Shown here: positions 55,867 to 64,000 of the stretch, one piece after another
Position numbering within the stretch: the stretch's first letter is position 1
Layout: each line of letters begins with the position of its first letter
IMG/VR virus record: IMGVR_UViG_3300009177_000036
Span: 2,853-66,852 of that record
Length of the DNA stretch: 64,000 nt
Direction: 5' to 3' (one strand)
Origin: a virus
The notes under the pieces: model-generated
Seen by the model: only the letters and a program-made list of their open reading frames with translations
What the model was told of the DNA's origin: nothing
Database searches by the model: none
Made by a program: the position numbers and the translations under genes

Positions 55867-56148
55867 ATGACAGAAGATGCGGGGGCGCAGCCTCAGGAGA
55901 CCGATCCTTTGCTTAGGGGGATACGGACCCGGGCTCTGTTCGATAAAATTAAGGAGAGTCCCGAGGCGTTTGCGCTGCCTGAGAACCGGGCTGAATTAGA
56001 GGTTATTGTCAGTGCGATGCGGCTTGCCCGAGAACGGTTCCAGGAGGCTGAAGAGGCCGGGACTAAGAAGAAAGGAGCCCGGGGGCCTAAGAAGAAGGGC
56101 GAGCCGGAGCCCACTGAGGTTTCGGACCTTTCGTTTCTCACAGAATAA
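55867..56148 (+). CDS. Hypothetical protein
   Basis: GGAGG RBS. Confidence 0.65.
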   Translation: MTEDAGAQPQETDPLLRGIRTRALFDKIKESPEAFALPENRAELEVIVSAMRLARERFQEAEEAGTKKKGARGPKKKGEPEPTEVSDLSFLTE

Positions 56149-56160
56149 GGATGAAAGAAG

Positions 56161-56382
56161 ATGTATGATCAATTTTTGCTTTGGGTTTCTGTGATTACTA
56201 TGGCTTGGGCCCTTTATGCAACGGTTGAGTGGCGTATAACTACCGGGGAGCTTGACCTTCTAGGGAGGGATATGCAAGAACTGTTGGATGACTATGAGGA
56301 CCTTTTCCTTGAGTATTCTCAGGTTTTGAATGATCAGCAGCCCCGGGATGAGAAGGGCCGCTTTGCCCCCAAGAAGTCATGA
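56161..56382 (+). CDS. Membrane-anchored small protein
   Basis: N-terminal TM helix, PRDEKGRF. Confidence 0.6.
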   Translation: MYDQFLLWVSVITMAWALYATVEWRITTGELDLLGRDMQELLDDYEDLFLEYSQVLNDQQPRDEKGRFAPKKS

Positions 56383-57245
56383 TCAGAGTTTCCGTCTCTG
56401 ACCTGGACACATCGACCTGTATGAGGAAGCTGGCTTTTGGAAAAACCTATTCGCGGGCCGGTACTCCAGACACTGACTTTGGCACTTTACTACATTATGG
56501 CCTGGAGGTTTATGATGATGGATTGGTGCAAGGTCTGGGTCCAGAAGATGCTCTGGCGAGCGCTTGTGAGAAGCTATGGATTCAAGCAGCCGGGTCCGGG
56601 TTCGATTATCCGGATCGCCGAGACGCCGGGCCCCGAGGGCCGGATAATTCACGAAGTCCGGATACAATTCTAAGGGCCCTTATTTGGTACGCGGATCAGT
56701 TCAAGAATGATGAGACCTTAGATGTAGTCCAGGGGCCGGAGTCCGGAAAGGCTTTTAATGAGGCTCGATTTGAGTTGCCGTTTATTGACGGTGTGAACTT
56801 CTCGGGCCGGGTGGACAAGATTGCACTTGAGCGAAGCTCCGGGGAGCTTGTTCTTGGGGAGCGGAAAACTACAAAGGCCGTGGTGACGAAAGACATTATT
56901 AAGCGGTGGCTGCCTAGCAATCAGATTATTGGTTATGTGTGGGCGGGGCGTCAGGCTTTTGGGCTTACTCGGAATGTGGTTTATTATGATATCTGTCAGA
57001 CTATGGTTGGCGGGTGTCGGTGGGCTCGGATTCCCCTAGAGGTTGAGGACTGGATGATTGATGAGTGGCTGGTGTTCGCAAAGCAGCGGGCCGCCGAGAT
57101 CAGGGATCGGGCTGATGCGCCGCCACCTAATTTTGCAGTGTGCTCGAATTATGGTGGGTGTGGATATCACGGAGCTTGTATGACACCCCCGGACCTTCGT
57201 GAGCAGTATCTTAAAGAAACCTATGCCGAACGAATCTCTAACTAA
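56379..57245 (+). CDS. PD-(D/E)XK exonuclease (Cas4/RecB-like)
   Basis: FGT..H, GRVDKI, ERKTT, Q...Y, C....GC.Y...C. Confidence 0.85.
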   Translation: MIRVSVSDLDTSTCMRKLAFGKTYSRAGTPDTDFGTLLHYGLEVYDDGLVQGLGPEDALASACEKLWIQAAGSGFDYPDRRDAGPRGPDNSRSPDTILRALIWYADQFKNDETLDVVQGPESGKAFNEARFELPFIDGVNFSGRVDKIALERSSGELVLGERKTTKAVVTKDIIKRWLPSNQIIGYVWAGRQAFGLTRNVVYYDICQTMVGGCRWARIPLEVEDWMIDEWLVFAKQRAAEIRDRADAPPPNFAVCSNYGGCGYHGACMTPPDLREQYLKETYAERISN

Positions 57246-57256
57246 GGAGCAATTTC

Positions 57257-57799
57257 ATGAACGGTGCATCATGGCGTTGCTGTCATGACCATACGAAGTT
57301 CTGTCCGATTGAGGGGTGCCCAGCATCCTATGGATGCGCTCGCGATCATGGCTGGAAGCCCGGTGACCCGTCACCGAGAGAGTGCCTGGGTATGAAACCC
57401 TTCCAGCCCGAATTCGCGATGACGCCGCTCGACGAACTGAAGGCGCAATATGAGGTCAAGAGCACAAATCCGCTTGAGGCAATTTTGATAACTCAGCTTT
57501 TCAAAGAGGCGATCGATAAGGCTTACGCTCTCGGCCAGGACGACGTGTTCGACCGTTACGCGGAACTCTTTACCAACCCGCCAATTAACAAGCAGGAGCG
57601 CGCCGTGAAGCAGAAAATTGAGATGATCAAGGAAAGGCTGGAGCGCCGGTACAATATCGGGTCTGAATCGGGTGACGAGCCGTCCCTATGGGAGATGGCG
57701 GTGCACTATTACAAAAGCCACGGGATTGAACCTGATCGCGCCGTGACATTCGCGAGCATCCTTTGCGCGCGAACCGCCGCTGCAATAGAAAACCCCTAA
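57257..57799 (+). CDS. Hypothetical protein with Cys-rich N-terminus
   Basis: AAGGAG RBS. Confidence 0.55.
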   Translation: MNGASWRCCHDHTKFCPIEGCPASYGCARDHGWKPGDPSPRECLGMKPFQPEFAMTPLDELKAQYEVKSTNPLEAILITQLFKEAIDKAYALGQDDVFDRYAELFTNPPINKQERAVKQKIEMIKERLERRYNIGSESGDEPSLWEMAVHYYKSHGIEPDRAVTFASILCARTAAAIENP

Positions 57800-57847
57800 C
57801 AGACGAGCCTTTTATAGGTGTTTTTAATTTTGTGAACGGAGTGAACA

Positions 57848-58636
57848 ATGCCGAGTATTAATGGGATTATCCAGACGACGCCAATCAAAGTTTCGATCAT
57901 GGGCGAGTCTGGATCGGGAAAGACCGGGCTTGCAGGGTCGTTAGCGGCGGCGGGCTATAAGGTCCGGATTGCCGATATCGATTCGGGAACTGACATTCTC
58001 CACGATCCAACCATTCTAAAACCTGAGTTCCGGGGCAATGTTTCGGTGATCAATTTGCCGGTGGATGAGGTTGAGACCTGGGACCGGTTCCGGAAAGTTT
58101 TGCAGAAGTGGGACGACGGGGAGGAGAATTACGGGGCGATCACGGAGTGGGGCTCAGATGTGGTGCTCTTTGTGGACTCGGCCAGTTTGCTTACGAAGAC
58201 TGCCCTCAGGGCGGCGCTGAAAACTGCAGGCAAGAGCCCGGACTCGGCCCAGTTTGATCAGGTGATCTATGGAACGATGGCCAACATGGTCTATCCGGTT
58301 TTCGCGGGGCTGCAAAGCAAGCGTATCAAGTGCAATATTGTGTGGAACTATCATATCCGGTTTCGCGAGGATGACATGGGCGTCCAGCGGGGCAACTTTG
58401 CGACCGAGGGGGCGAAGCTCGCGGGAGATATTCCGAAAATTTGCAATGACGTCTGGGGCCTGGAGATGACCAAGGAGGGCAAGCGCCAGATTCGGACCCG
58501 GCCCACGCGGCTTTTGGGACTGAAGACTACGATGCCCTCGGTGGTGAAAGAGATTGAGGAGCCGGACTTGGGTGCGATTTTCCGGCGAATGGAGGCCGGG
58601 ATGGGCAAGGAAGCGGCTTCGTCTCAAGAAGGTTGA
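57848..58636 (+). CDS. AAA_24/Sak4-like ATPase
   Basis: GESGSGKT, FVDS, between the exonuclease and SSB-like genes. Confidence 0.8.
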   Translation: MPSINGIIQTTPIKVSIMGESGSGKTGLAGSLAAAGYKVRIADIDSGTDILHDPTILKPEFRGNVSVINLPVDEVETWDRFRKVLQKWDDGEENYGAITEWGSDVVLFVDSASLLTKTALRAALKTAGKSPDSAQFDQVIYGTMANMVYPVFAGLQSKRIKCNIVWNYHIRFREDDMGVQRGNFATEGAKLAGDIPKICNDVWGLEMTKEGKRQIRTRPTRLLGLKTTMPSVVKEIEEPDLGAIFRRMEAGMGKEAASSQEG

Positions 58637-58661
58637 CAGAATCGCAAAGCGATGGTAGTTT
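58633..58661 (+). promoter_or_regulatory. Sigma70 promoter TTGACA-17-TAGTTT
   Basis: Upstream of the SSB-like gene. Confidence 0.65.
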
Positions 58662-58703
58662 TGCGGGGATGCCTTAAGGGGCTTAACTTGGTAGGATAAG
58701 ATA

Positions 58704-59165
58704 ATGTCAAATGATTTGGACTTTCTGAACGAAGAGACGTCGAGTGTTGTTGAGCCGACCTTTCTGAAGGACAAGCAGCGCTATCTGTTTGTGACCACTG
58801 CGTACAAGGGCGAGCGTCTCCCGGGTGAGAAGCGTACCCCGAAGGTCACACTGACGCTGCGGGCCCTGGAGCCGATCGATGAGGACGGTGACTTTGAAAC
58901 GGCAGTAAAGGAGACGGAGGCGGTTTTCTTCGTAACTCCGAAGTCTGAGTTCCGCCTGTTGCGCGTCCTGCGTGACGTGTATGGCCAGCCCACGGATGCC
59001 GATGGTTTCCTGTGGAAGGACGGCCTCGAAGGTGCGGTCGGCCAGGAAGTGGTCGGGACGGTGTTCCACGAGGAACGCAAGGGCAAGGACGGTCAGGGCA
59101 CGGGAAAGTATAACATTACCGTGTCTAACCTGAGCAGCCCGGAGGCTCTGCGCGCCGCCGCTTAA
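58704..59165 (+). CDS. ssDNA-binding protein-like (DUF669-type OB fold)
   Basis: Position after the Sak4-like gene, beta-rich, own promoter and terminator. Confidence 0.6.
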   Translation: MSNDLDFLNEETSSVVEPTFLKDKQRYLFVTTAYKGERLPGEKRTPKVTLTLRALEPIDEDGDFETAVKETEAVFFVTPKSEFRLLRVLRDVYGQPTDADGFLWKDGLEGAVGQEVVGTVFHEERKGKDGQGTGKYNITVSNLSSPEALRAAA

Positions 59166-59170
59166 TAGGA

Positions 59171-59212
59171 TAGGGGCAGGGCCCGCGCCTGTAAGTCCCC
59201 TACCTTCTTTTT
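59171..59212 (+). terminator. Rho-independent terminator
   Basis: TAGGGG...CCCCTA stem plus CTTCTTTTT. Confidence 0.55.
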
Positions 59213-59439
59213 GGGAGTATCCCACATGGCACGATCCCCGGACTACATCAAGGGATTCGAGGCAGCCCGTTCGCGGGCTCTAATTATTGCTGACGAACAG
59301 GAACGTAGGTGCCGCGCGGCCCTCGATCCCGCAGGGGAGGTGGCTATCCGGTGGATTTTCGCCGAGCTTATCCGGATGCGCCCGGCCCCTGAAATTGAAC
59401 CCCGCGAAACATAAATAGCGGCCCGCGCCGCATTCAAGG

Positions 59440-59718
59440 ATGAAATCTATGCGAGTTGAGCAGATTATTGATAAGTTGACCCCGGGGGCGAAGTTCCTCT
59501 ATCACACGGGGGATTTGGCCCGGGACCGGCTGAAGGACCCTGAGTTGGATAATTTAGCGACGTTTATTTATGGACGGGCCGCGCCCAAGCATTTTGTGAT
59601 TGCCGCCGACGAAGATACGGGCTATGTTCAGATGGGTCAGGGTAAGGGCCAGTGCATTCAGGAGCGGCGCGGCGACCACGACTATCAGTATTTTTACATC
59701 GAGAACAGCCATGGATGA
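59440..59718 (+). CDS. Hypothetical protein
   Basis: YH.GDLARDR pattern. Confidence 0.6.
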   Translation: MKSMRVEQIIDKLTPGAKFLYHTGDLARDRLKDPELDNLATFIYGRAAPKHFVIAADEDTGYVQMGQGKGQCIQERRGDHDYQYFYIENSHG

Positions 59719-60076
59719 TAAAGAATTGAACAAACGCCTGGAGCAGTTTAATCTGCAGACCCGGCAGTTGGTTGAAGCCTTTGGGGCGATCGCCCGGGCA
59801 ACATTCGAGATGGCTAATCAGGGTGAGGACCGGGCCGGAAATTTGACGGTGTGGAACTATTCCTACATCGCGGCCTTGGAGCATCAGATGATTGTGATGC
59901 TTAGACAGCTTCATGCTAATTTGCCGGAGAAAGAGTATCTGGAAACCCGGGAGTTTACTCTGGGCAACATTCGGTCCTTTACGCCCCCGGATGGGGATTC
60001 CGGTGAGGTGGTGGCCAACATTAAGGGCGACGGAACTCTGGAGCCAGTCCGGGACCCCGACGATACAGTCCATTGA
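59711..60076 (+). CDS. Hypothetical protein
   Basis: Coupled ORF starting MDDKEL. Confidence 0.55.
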   Translation: MDDKELNKRLEQFNLQTRQLVEAFGAIARATFEMANQGEDRAGNLTVWNYSYIAALEHQMIVMLRQLHANLPEKEYLETREFTLGNIRSFTPPDGDSGEVVANIKGDGTLEPVRDPDDTVH

Positions 60077-60087
60077 GGGGAATATGA

Positions 60088-60405
60088 ATGAGTGTCCTTT
60101 ATTTGCATGTGTCTTATGAGCAGTACAAGAAGGTCGAGGAGCAGATGCGGGCTTTCAAGGAAACCCAGCACAAGACAACCGGGGGCTTTTACCATAAGAG
60201 CATTCGGATGCCGATCGACGATGGGCTAATTCTAGAGATTCATGGGCCGCTCGTCGGGGGCTACGGTCACCGGGACGAAGAGATTAATGCCCCCTTGAGG
60301 ACTTTAGGGCCTTCGATTTATTTCAATCCACTTACTGACCCGCTGCCTCGAAATGAGCCCAGTGAGTGGGAGCCTCCGTCTGATGATGATCTGAAGGGGT
60401 TTTAG
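60088..60405 (+). CDS. Hypothetical protein
   Basis: GAGG RBS. Confidence 0.55.
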   Translation: MSVLYLHVSYEQYKKVEEQMRAFKETQHKTTGGFYHKSIRMPIDDGLILEIHGPLVGGYGHRDEEINAPLRTLGPSIYFNPLTDPLPRNEPSEWEPPSDDDLKGF

Positions 60406-60423
60406 CCGATCGGGGGTTGGTAA

Positions 60424-61530
60424 GTGGCGCTGCCGTTTGTCCCGCTGATTGATAGGGTCCCGGCGAAGTGGCCCCAAGGGGCACCAGCCCCGACTCGGGT
60501 GGCCATTGTAGGAGATTGTCCTGATGAGGCCGGGGAAATCTCACGGACCCCATTCGCGGGCCACCCCGGTTATCTGCTGCGCAAACAGCTAGCGGCCCAG
60601 GGCCTGGACCTCGACGAATGTTTGGTGACCAATGTCTTCTCATATCGGCCCACAAAGGGCGAGATCAAGCGGTTTTTCATTAAGAAGATGGAGTGGAACC
60701 GGCTCAAGAAAGCTGGGGATTTGGAGTCTTCGACCTATCCCGCATTCGGGACCAATGGTTTCGTTCATCCCAAGCTGGAGCCCGAGCTTCAGAGACTGAA
60801 AGAGGAACTTGGCGAAGCCAAGCCGCATCTTGTTATTGCCCTCGGGGCGGCGGCGCTTTGGGCACTCACAGGGCAGGATAAAATTACTGTCCACCGGGGA
60901 TCGACAACTCTTAGCACCTTGGTGCCAGGACTAAAGGTGTTGCCTACTTACCATCCGGCGGGCATAAATAGCCAGTGGGAATTGCTGCCGACATTCGTGG
61001 CGGACCTGGGTAAGGCTCAAAAAGAGGCTGAGTTTCCGGAGATTAGACGTCAGTCCAGGATCATACTGATCGAGCCCACGCTCCGGGAGGTGGAGGAATT
61101 TTTCCAAGAGCACATTCTCCCGGCACCACTGGTCTGTTTGGACATTGAGACGAAGCGGCGGCAGATTGACTGTATCTCGCTGGGGCCGAATGAGAATCTG
61201 ACGATGGTGATTCCCCTTTGGGATACACGGAAGCCGGGCTGGAGCTACTGGACCCGGGAAGAAGAGCTTGAGATTTGGCGCATGTTGAAGTGGGCCCTGA
61301 TGCTCCCCAACGCCAAGCTCGGACAGAATGTGGCGTATGATCTGAGTTATCTGCTGGCCTACGGCATTCCCACGGGCGGGGTGTGTCAAGACACGATGTT
61401 GATGTCTCATTCGATGGACCCTGAGGGGCCCAAATCCCTGGGACATATGGGCTCCATCTACTGTTCGGAGACGGCGTGGAAAGCCCTGGCTCACTTTAAA
61501 TCTGAGAAAGCTTTGGAGTCCGAGACATGA
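60424..61530 (+). CDS. Uracil-DNA glycosylase (family 4-like) fused to a partial 3'-5' exonuclease; N-part of a split polymerase
   Basis: VGDCP..E...PF.G..G, TNV, PTYHPA; LDIET (ExoI), GQNVAYD (ExoII), DTM. Confidence 0.85.
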   Translation: MALPFVPLIDRVPAKWPQGAPAPTRVAIVGDCPDEAGEISRTPFAGHPGYLLRKQLAAQGLDLDECLVTNVFSYRPTKGEIKRFFIKKMEWNRLKKAGDLESSTYPAFGTNGFVHPKLEPELQRLKEELGEAKPHLVIALGAAALWALTGQDKITVHRGSTTLSTLVPGLKVLPTYHPAGINSQWELLPTFVADLGKAQKEAEFPEIRRQSRIILIEPTLREVEEFFQEHILPAPLVCLDIETKRRQIDCISLGPNENLTMVIPLWDTRKPGWSYWTREEELEIWRMLKWALMLPNAKLGQNVAYDLSYLLAYGIPTGGVCQDTMLMSHSMDPEGPKSLGHMGSIYCSETAWKALAHFKSEKALESET

Positions 61531-62042
61531 CCGAACGTAAGGAAGATGAAACCTTCTCAACTGCCGGCGATCGCCGAATTCCGTATCATGAGGAGATGGG
61601 GAGGATGGTTCCACGTCCGGGAAGTTTCACAGAAATGAGTTTCAAAGATATGGATAAAGCCCTCACAGCTATTGCAAATACAGCCCCGGCCCCTAATGAT
61701 CCGGGGTATGCTCCGCTGAGGGCCTTTCTTGATGAGGCATTCCTTCGGGCGTCCCAGGGGAAGGGTAAAGAGCGCCATGCCAATGGGTTCCCTTTCCTTG
61801 AGCAGCCCCTGTTCATGATCATGAGGGGACTAGGGCCTGGGGGCGTTAATGGCGCGATCTTCCAGGCCATCAAGAAGCTCATGGAGATCAAGAATCTTAA
61901 GCCTGAGAGTCAGGTGGCCGAGCTAATGGACGTGGTCGTTTACGCTGCTGCGGCGGCCATCTACCTCAGAGAAATTTATGATGCATCCACAAATTCACAC
62001 CCCTCTAAGGATGCAGGTACTTGGAAAGAGACCAACGGCTAA
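61527..62042 (+). CDS. All-alpha NTP pyrophosphatase-like protein
   Basis: GKG.ERH, QAIKKL.E, ELMDVVVY. Confidence 0.5.
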   Translation: MTERKEDETFSTAGDRRIPYHEEMGRMVPRPGSFTEMSFKDMDKALTAIANTAPAPNDPGYAPLRAFLDEAFLRASQGKGKERHANGFPFLEQPLFMIMRGLGPGGVNGAIFQAIKKLMEIKNLKPESQVAELMDVVVYAAAAAIYLREIYDASTNSHPSKDAGTWKETNG

Positions 62043-62326
62043 GAGTTACCGGGGACGGCAACACACCCCTTGACAGGTTTACGCTTTTGTGGTTGTCTGT
62101 GTTGCACAGGGCGCTAGACGATGCCTGCGGGCAAACTCTAGTTAACCCCACGGATAGCACACGACAGCAGCAGCACATGGAGTTTCAGCTTCGGGCCCGT
62201 GAATGGTTCCGGACTGCCGGGCAGGACTTCCGGGATCTTTGTGCCCTTGTAGATATTCCTTGGGAAACAGTGAGGGCTGCGGCCCTCAAAGCTATGGAGA
62301 AATCAGATGACGAGCATAGTCGATAA
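62021..62326 (+). CDS. Conserved phage protein
   Basis: LW.SVL.RA..DA...AREWF...DF..LC. Confidence 0.6.
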   Translation: MERDQRLRVTGDGNTPLDRFTLLWLSVLHRALDDACGQTLVNPTDSTRQQQHMEFQLRAREWFRTAGQDFRDLCALVDIPWETVRAAALKAMEKSDDEHSR

Positions 62327-62744
62327 AATCAATACTCATATCTTTGATGTTGTCGACGCCCTCTATGATATTGGAGGGAACAAGCCCCTTCTGGCCGAGG
62401 TCGCGCGGGCCGGGGTGTGGGCCGGGTCCCGGTTGAAAATGGGCAACAGCATACAACTTCTTTATGGTGGCGCGCCCCAGGTTATTACACAGGGTGACGT
62501 TGTTATTTACATTGACCGGACCCCTTCCGCCGCTATGATTAAGTTTGCTCGTGAGGGTGGGATGATTGTCTTCTTAATTACGGACAATCCGGTGGAGACT
62601 TCTGCCGATGTGACCTTCTATCTTGATCTGGGCGACTCTCAGGAGACGGGCCTGTTTAATGAAGTATCGGGGGTCGTGACGAACATTGTCCTTGAGATTG
62701 CCCTTGATGTCAGGGATGCTCCGGCCTCGGAGGGTCAGCAATAA
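62307..62744 (+). CDS. Degenerate SIS-domain (GmhA/DiaA-like) protein
   Basis: GDVVIYI, FAREGGMIVFLIT, ADV, QE resemble the SIS fold. Confidence 0.45.
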   Translation: MTSIVDKINTHIFDVVDALYDIGGNKPLLAEVARAGVWAGSRLKMGNSIQLLYGGAPQVITQGDVVIYIDRTPSAAMIKFAREGGMIVFLITDNPVETSADVTFYLDLGDSQETGLFNEVSGVVTNIVLEIALDVRDAPASEGQQ

Positions 62745-62754
62745 GGCCGCGCCG

Positions 62755-64000
62755 ATGATCAAGATTGACACGTCCTCTCTTGTCTTGGCGGACTGGGACC
62801 CGCAGCAGATTCACTATATCTATAATGGGCTTGATGTCCTGATGACCCATGAGATTTGGGGCAAGCAGCAGGCCCGGGCCGACGCGGACCCCTACACGCG
62901 GGACATCTATAACTTTGAGCAGGCCTTGCTGGAACCGGCGATCCTTATGGGGCGGCACGGAGTCCGGGTGGACATGAAGGCCCGGGAACGGGGCATTCGC
63001 AACTATACCCAGAAGATATATGATGTGGGGGGCCTAGCTCGGGACCGGGAGGGGAAGTGGCGCATTATTAATGAGGACGCCCCGCTGCAGCGAGTGGCCC
63101 AGGCAGTATGGGATCGGACCCTTAATCCCAATAGCTCGCCCCAGCTTGCTGACTTCTTCTATGATAAGCTGAAGATGGTCCCGATTTTCACAAGAAAAAA
63201 GGGTATAACTAAGGGGCTGTCCACGGACCGGGAGGCCCTGGAGCGGATGATGGAGCATGCCCCTCGGGCGGTGCCCCCTGCGGCTTTGGTGCTGGCGACC
63301 CGGGACTATATGGGCATCCTGGAGATGTTAGAGAGGGGTGTGGACTCGGACGGGCGGATGCGCTACAGTCTGAATGTGGCGGGGACCGAAACTTTCCGCC
63401 TTAGCTCTAACAAGGACCCTTTCCGTATGGGCGGCAATATTCAAAATGTCCCCATGGACCTTAGGCACATATTCATTCCGGATGAGGGCTGCGTTGCCTT
63501 CGGGATCGATAAGTCCCAGGCAGAGAGCAGGGGTGTGGCCTATCTTAGTGGGGATGAGAATTATATTGCAGCGGTGGAGGGGCCCGATTTGCATACTGAC
63601 GTGGCGAAGATGGTGTGGCCCGCGATTGTGTTCGATCGGGCAACGGCTGACGCCATTATGTATCGGACTTATACGTATAGGTTCATGAGTAAGAAGGGCA
63701 GCCACGCTACGAATTATCTTGTGACGCCTTATACGATGGCTCGCGCTCTGAAGATCGAGAAGAAGGTTGCGGAGGATTTTCAGGATAGCTATTTTGAGGC
63801 CTTCCCTGGAGTCAAGAAGTGGCAAGAGGATACGATCAAGGAACTGATGCTTACCAATGAACTAGTCACCCCCTTAGGGCAGCGGCGGCACTTCTGGGGC
63901 CGGGCCTCAGACGGATCAACGCAGCGGGAGGCTATTGCCTTCAAGCCTCAGGCCATGATCTCGGCGGACATTAATGTGGGTATTCTAGACGTGTGGGATA
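62755..64000 (+). CDS. polA: Family A DNA polymerase (truncated by the window edge)
   Basis: My translation: YNGLD (ExoIII), NPNSSPQL, TETFRLSS, NIQN, DKSQAESR (motif A), DLH, RFMSKKGSHATNY (motif B), TPLGQRR. Confidence 0.92.
   Translation, partial: MIKIDTSSLVLADWDPQQIHYIYNGLDVLMTHEIWGKQQARADADPYTRDIYNFEQALLEPAILMGRHGVRVDMKARERGIRNYTQKIYDVGGLARDREGKWRIINEDAPLQRVAQAVWDRTLNPNSSPQLADFFYDKLKMVPIFTRKKGITKGLSTDREALERMMEHAPRAVPPAALVLATRDYMGILEMLERGVDSDGRMRYSLNVAGTETFRLSSNKDPFRMGGNIQNVPMDLRHIFIPDEGCVAFGIDKSQAESRGVAYLSGDENYIAAVEGPDLHTDVAKMVWPAIVFDRATADAIMYRTYTYRFMSKKGSHATNYLVTPYTMARALKIEKKVAEDFQDSYFEAFPGVKKWQEDTIKELMLTNELVTPLGQRRHFWGRASDGSTQREAIAFKPQAMISADINVGILDVWD

Larger units (their letters stand above)
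1..64000. mobile_element. Tailed bacteriophage genome (podovirus-like, apparently lytic), nearly complete
   Basis: TerL/TerS, portal, capsid, nozzle and ejection proteins, no tape measure or sheath, family A polymerase; no host housekeeping genes or integrase. Confidence 0.95.

Noticed and set aside
56379-57245. Cas4-like nuclease as part of a CRISPR system
   Set aside because: No array or other cas genes; it sits in an exonuclease-ATPase-SSB recombination module.
62755-62830. Polymerase starts MIKIDT, like the DnaE C-intein start MIKIAT
   Set aside because: No HNF or terminal Asn-Cys/Ser junction, and no N-intein at the end of the upstream half; coincidence.
1-64000. Apparent abundance of GGCCC/CCCGGG words
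   Set aside because: Cannot be separated by eye from GC content and codon bias; needs a k-mer computation.

Overview
This is a nearly complete genome of a lytic, podovirus-like tailed phage; the host is probably an alphaproteobacterium, and GC is about 55-58% by eye. The minus-strand arm (~38.8 kb to 0.57 kb) carries an ATPase, a methyltransferase, TerS/TerL, portal, small basic internal proteins, GroES, holin, a DUF4214 serine protease, scaffold, capsid, adaptors and nozzle, a LamG/SGNH receptor-binding protein, ejection proteins, two metallophosphoesterases and an Rnl2-like ligase. The plus-strand arm (~40.3 kb to 64 kb) carries early genes (SprT-like, amidoligase plus GATase-II, rIIA/rIIB, Gp88, PNKP, Rnl1), then recombination and replication genes ending in a family A DNA polymerase that runs off the window edge. 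A probable genome-end region lies near 40.15-40.29 kb. I saw no integrase, tRNA, CRISPR array, RNA polymerase or obvious endolysin. Main unexplained signals: (1) a 10-bp palindrome, YGTTTAAACR, clustered 8 times in the first ~3 kb of the early region, in different reading frames; (2) a UDG-exo-Pol polymerase split inside the proofreading domain, with His at the 762-equivalent position; (3) a separate class of TTGC-N18 promoters on the morphogenesis operons; (4) a recurrent xxGG-x-[VI] peptide motif in internal virion proteins; (5) a ~100-nt rod-like candidate small RNA. All calls come from reading by eye; no database searches were run.
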